Below are positions 8,039 through 10,914 of a stretch of 10,914 nt of DNA, one piece after another. Within the stretch, counting starts at the first letter, position 1; each line of letters begins with the position of its first letter. Below the pieces are notes generated by a model that was not told the origin of the DNA, did no database searches, and worked only from the letters and a program-made list of their open reading frames with translations. The DNA is taken from NCBI GenBank assembly GCA_046757525.1, contig JBHHYI010000139.1:1-10914 (forward strand), read 5' to 3'. The position numbers and the translations under genes are program-made. This stretch comes from a bacterium (GTDB taxonomy: Bacteria > Zhuqueibacterota > Zhuqueibacteria > Oceanimicrobiales > Oceanimicrobiaceae).

Positions 8039-8129
8039 TGTCATTTCGACTGAAAGGAGAAATCTATAACGCCAATATTTTTGGTAAAACAAGATTTCTC
8101 GCCAGGCAGCCGCCTGAATCGAAATGACA
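8039..8129. repeat. Palindromic MITE/REP-like element of the TGTCATT...AATGACA type
   Basis: Perfect 11-bp terminal IR TGTCATTTCGA (8039-8049) / TCGAAATGACA (8119-8129), inner perfect IR GAGAAATCT (8057-8065) / AGATTTCTC (8092-8100), small hairpin CAGGC/GCCTG (8103-8116). Confidence 0.85.
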
Positions 8130-8242
8130 TTATTTGCTATTTTTCGTTCAACATTAAGGAACAAAGTCAACACGAACTGCCGCTGTGTTACGAGAGTAAA
8201 CTAAGTTGGAACGTAAACGACTGAGAGAGTTAAGCGCACACA

Positions 8243-9367
8243 ATGAAAATCGCGCTCTTTGGACCGACCTACCCATTTCGCGGCGGCATTGCGCACTACA
8301 CGACGATTTTGGCTCGCCAACTCAAGGCCAGGCACGAAGTCAGGCTGTTTGGCTTCAAGCGCTTCTACCCGCACTGGCTGCATCCGGCAAAAACCGATCG
8401 CGACCAGAGCCAATTCTTGCTCAAGGAGGACGATACGCGGCTAATTCTGGATTCTGTCAATCCCTTCACCTGGGTGAAGCTTGCAAAGGAAATAGCCGCT
8501 TTTGAGCCCGACCTGGTAATTCTGTCGTGGTGGATCTCCTTCTGGGCGCCGCATTACTACACGGTGGTCAAGCAAATTCGCAGACGGGTCGACACGCGGG
8601 TGCTGTTCATCTGCCACAATGTGATCGACCACGAGAGCTTCGTGTTGGGCCGGAGGCTGACCGAAAGCGTGTTAAAGTTGGGCGATCTGTTCCTGGTACA
8701 TTCCCAGGAGGATTTTGACAATCTAAAAGGAATCTTTCCAGATGCTACGGTGCAAAAGGTTTTCCATCCAAATTATTTGATCTTTCAGAGAAAGAGTCTG
8801 TCCAGGGAGGAGGCGCGCAAAGAGCTCGGACTCAACCAGGACACTATTCTGTTTTTCGGCTTTGTGCGGCCGTACAAAGGATTGGCGCTGCTGCTGGAGG
8901 CGCTGCCCGGGGTGCTTGAAAAACGACAGGTGCAGCTTGTGGTAGCTGGCGAATTCTGGAAAGACAAGGCTTTTTATTTGAAGAAAATTAAGTCACTGCG
9001 GATCGAAAAAAACGTCCAGATTGTAGATCGTTATATTGCCAACGAAGAAATCGCCACCTATTTCAAGGCCACGGATTTGCTGGTGATGCCTTATACCTCG
9101 GCGACCGGCAGCGGGGTGGTGCAGTTGGCCTTCGCGTTCGATCTGCCGGCCATCGTAACCAATGTGGGGGCGCTGCCGGAAGTGGTTTTGCACGGCCAAA
9201 CAGGCTACGTGGTTCCGAAACAAGATGCCCAGGCCCTGGCCGAGCATATCGTGAAGTTTTTTGAAGAAAAGCGTTGGAGCGAATTCAGAGAGAATATTAA
9301 ACGCGACAAACAGCGCTTCTCCTGGGACAATTTAGTCCAAACCATTGAAACCTTGTACCAGACTTAA
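8243..9367 (+). CDS. GT4 (GT-B fold) glycosyltransferase
   Basis: 374 aa; GPTYPFRGGIAHY, CHNVIDHE, ILFFGFVRPYKGL, DLLVMPYTSATGSGV, IVTNVGALPEVV..G.TG, FSWD. Confidence 0.92.
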   Translation: MKIALFGPTYPFRGGIAHYTTILARQLKARHEVRLFGFKRFYPHWLHPAKTDRDQSQFLLKEDDTRLILDSVNPFTWVKLAKEIAAFEPDLVILSWWISFWAPHYYTVVKQIRRRVDTRVLFICHNVIDHESFVLGRRLTESVLKLGDLFLVHSQEDFDNLKGIFPDATVQKVFHPNYLIFQRKSLSREEARKELGLNQDTILFFGFVRPYKGLALLLEALPGVLEKRQVQLVVAGEFWKDKAFYLKKIKSLRIEKNVQIVDRYIANEEIATYFKATDLLVMPYTSATGSGVVQLAFAFDLPAIVTNVGALPEVVLHGQTGYVVPKQDAQALAEHIVKFFEEKRWSEFRENIKRDKQRFSWDNLVQTIETLYQT

Positions 9368-10312
9368 ATGAGAAAGATCTCGGTCATCATACCGTCCTAC
9401 AACGCTTCGGCAACCATTCCCCGGTGTTTGCAGAGCCTGCATGAACAGCAACCTGATTGCGAATTTGAAGTCATCGTCGTGGACAGTTCCGACGACGGGA
9501 CTGAAAAGCTCATCGAGAAGACGTACCACGCCGTCAAACTCGTGCACCTGCCGGAAAAGACCATGCCCAGCAGGGCGCGCAATGTGGGGGCTGCAAAGGC
9601 CACGGGGGAGATATTGGCTTTTACCGATTCAGACTGTGTGCCTGACAGGAAATGGCTCGAAAACATCGCCAAGAATTTCGGCAATGGTCATGAAATCGTG
9701 GGAGGCAGCGTACAAAACGGCCGGCCCGAGAGCTGGATTAGCCGGGCGGAGTATTACATCGAGTTTCGTGAGTTTTCCGTCAATTCGCCCAAACGGGAGA
9801 TTCGCTTCTTGCCGTCTTGCAATTTTGCCATCGCCAGATCGCTTTTCGAACACATCGGTGGGTTCCCCGATGTGCGGGCTTCAGAAGACACGCTGTTCGC
9901 ACACAAATTGGCTGAACAAGGGCATAAAATCATCTTCGATCCTGAGGTAAAGATCAAACATCTAAACAGAAACAAGTGGCGACCCTACCTCAAGAATCAG
10001 TTCATCCTGGGAAAATACGCTGCTGTTGTGCGCAAGGTTTTGCCCATGCCCGGCGGTTTCTTCGTTAAGATGCCTTACGCGTTTCCACTTTTGCCCTGGG
10101 TTAGAACCTTGCGAACGCTGCAATTTATCCTGCAAAATTCATTTAAGGACGGCTTGCAGCAACTGTTTGAGTTTTTACTCATTTATCCGATTTTTTTTAT
10201 AGGCTCCATGGTCTGGAGCTACGGTTTCTATTGCGGCATTAAAACGCCTGAGCAAGAGGCTGTCCAAAAAGGCCACGTTTTCTGTCATTCCCGCGAAAGC
10301 GGGAATCTATAA
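9368..10312 (+). CDS. GT2 glycosyltransferase with C-terminal hydrophobic segments; last codons derived from a repeat element
   Basis: 314 aa; ISVIIPSYN, VVDSSDD, ARNVGA..A.GEILAFTDSDC (DxD), SCNFAI.R..F..IGGF, SED, H.NR. Its ATG directly abuts the previous stop (TAAATG 9365-9370). Confidence 0.9.
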   Translation: MRKISVIIPSYNASATIPRCLQSLHEQQPDCEFEVIVVDSSDDGTEKLIEKTYHAVKLVHLPEKTMPSRARNVGAAKATGEILAFTDSDCVPDRKWLENIAKNFGNGHEIVGGSVQNGRPESWISRAEYYIEFREFSVNSPKREIRFLPSCNFAIARSLFEHIGGFPDVRASEDTLFAHKLAEQGHKIIFDPEVKIKHLNRNKWRPYLKNQFILGKYAAVVRKVLPMPGGFFVKMPYAFPLLPWVRTLRTLQFILQNSFKDGLQQLFEFLLIYPIFFIGSMVWSYGFYCGIKTPEQEAVQKGHVFCHSRESGNL

Positions 10313-10388
10313 CCCATTGATTTTTAAGGATTCCTGTTTGCGCAGGAATGACAAATCAAGGCTCTTTTCCGACTTTTTGGATAGCCTC
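10256..10388. mobile_element. Putative 133-bp non-autonomous MITE with 16-bp TIRs and a putative 8-bp target-site duplication, containing a nested dRS3/RPE-like palindrome
   Basis: GAGGCTGTCCAAAAAG (10256-10271) / CTTTTTGGATAGCCTC (10373-10388), 15/16 inverted match; immediate flanks CTGAGCAA (10248-10255) and CTGAGAAA (10389-10396), 7/8 direct match. Confidence 0.7.
10283..10353. repeat. TGTCATTCC...GGAATGACA palindromic element with two dRS3-like units
   Basis: TGTCATTCC (10283-10291) / GGAATGACA (10345-10353). ATTCCC-GCGAAAGC-GGGAAT (10287-10306) fits the Neisseria dRS3 consensus ATTCCC-N8-GGGAAT; the second unit is ATTCCT-N8-AGGAAT (10330-10349). Confidence 0.88.
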
Positions 10389-10442
10389 CTGAGAAACGCT
10401 CCTTTTGAGCGGAATGACAGTTATTTTTTGGAGCACAAAGGT

Positions 10443-10497
10443 AGTCGTCCTGAGTAGTCCCGACCAGTTTTTGGTCGGGACGTATCGAGGGATGACT
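10443..10497. repeat. Palindromic element (GTCGTCCT...GGGATGAC) with a perfect 10-bp inner hairpin
   Basis: GTCCCGACCA (10457-10466), loop GTTTT, TGGTCGGGAC (10472-10481); outer AGTCGTCC / GGATGACT pairing with one G-T. Confidence 0.78.
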
Positions 10498-10554
10498 CGC
10501 ACAGTGCTTTCAGGAAACGCCTGGCTGTCGCCGTCCCTTGTTACAGTCCCCGGT

Positions 10555-10625
10555 TGTCATTCCGGAGGAATCTTGTTAGCTGGCTGCACAGTGCCGACCA
10601 GTCACAAGATGCCTCCTGCATGACA
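10555..10625. repeat. TGTCAT...ATGACA palindromic element
   Basis: TGTCAT (10555-10560) / ATGACA (10620-10625); GGAGGAATCTTGT (10564-10576) / ACAAGATGCCTCC (10604-10616), 12/13; inner CTGG/CCAG. Confidence 0.8.
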
Positions 10626-10681
10626 GGGCGGCCCTTGGTTTTATTCGTACAGTGCAGCTCTTAGGAAACGCCCTGTTGTAC

Positions 10682-10703
10682 GTAACGCAATCGTCTCGAT
10701 TGC
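10682..10703. repeat. REP-like short hairpin preceded by GTAA
   Basis: GTAAC then GCAATCG-TCT-CGATTGC (perfect 7-bp stem, 10687-10703), a layout resembling GTAG-type REPs. Confidence 0.45.
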
Positions 10704-10704
10704 C

Positions 10705-10726
10705 TCAGGCAGATGCCTGATTTTTT
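10705..10726 (+). terminator. Candidate intrinsic terminator
   Basis: TCAGGC-AGAT-GCCTGA stem-loop (10705-10720) immediately followed by TTTTTT (10721-10726), downstream of the + strand operon. Confidence 0.5.
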
Positions 10727-10737
10727 ACACAGCCAAT

Positions 10738-10896
10738 TCTCCCTTTGAAGGGAGACAGATTTTCGCTCGTCCAGAACGAAAATCAGAGCGATGTCTGGTC
10801 GCGCGAACCGTGACTTGGGTTTTCAGGACGCCTCCTAAAATCCTGCTGGTTTTCTCGCTGGACGCTTCAAGAACTGTCTCCCATTCAAAAAGGGAG
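10738..10896. repeat. About 160-bp long-range inverted-repeat element with self-palindromic ends and a branched interior
   Basis: TCTCCCTTTGAAGGGAGACAG (10738-10758) / CTGTCTCCCATTCAAAAGGGAGA (10874-10896); second stem CGTCCAG...GAAAATCAG (10768-10786) / CTGGTTTTC...CTGGACG (10846-10864); two inner hairpins. Confidence 0.8.
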
Positions 10897-10914
10897 ATTC
10901 TTTGCAATGGGTTG

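Noticed and set aside
7947..8160. Promoter for the distal GT4/GT2 (TTGACG at 7947, TTGCTA at 8134)
   Set aside because: No convincing -10 hexamer at proper spacing, and the region is explained largely by repeats.
7976..8173. 65-aa minus-strand ORF in the intergenic gap
   Set aside because: Runs through the palindromic element, is opposite to the operon and has no recognisable features.
10405..10907. Short ORFs 10405..10623 (+) and 10725..10907 (-)
   Set aside because: They are translations of palindromic repeats with non-ATG starts and no protein motifs.
10242..10914. CRISPR array, integron attC array or tRNA interpretation of the repeat region
   Set aside because: No identical 23-47 bp direct repeats with regular spacers, no cas or integrase gene in view, no RYYYAAC...GTTRRRY cassette ends around ORFs, and no cloverleaf with T/D-loop consensus.

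Overview
A co-directional (+ strand) cell-surface glycan biosynthesis locus of a roughly mid-GC bacterium. It has nine complete genes plus the 3' end of an upstream membrane-protein gene: three tandem GT2 polyprenol-phosphate glycosyltransferase-like genes (ArnC/GtrB/DPM1-like), a Gfo/Idh/MocA oxidoreductase, an uncharacterised protein with an aldo/keto-reductase-like C-terminus, a GT4, a Wzx/MOP-type flippase, a second GT4 and a membrane-tailed GT2. No polymerase, ligase or recognisable nucleotide-sugar synthesis gene lies inside the window. Points of note: (1) the second GT2 is intact but has lost the DxD and other donor-binding motifs, so it may be a pseudoenzyme partner of the first; (2) the oxidoreductase plus AKR-like pair may be an undescribed sugar-modifying redox module; (3) the non-coding regions (7895-8242, 10256-10914) are packed with palindromic MITE/REP-like elements of at least three types. 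One is a nested element with 16-bp terminal inverted repeats and a putative 8-bp target duplication that appears to have rewritten the C-terminus of the last GT2. All calls are by eye from sequence and motif recall; no searches were run.
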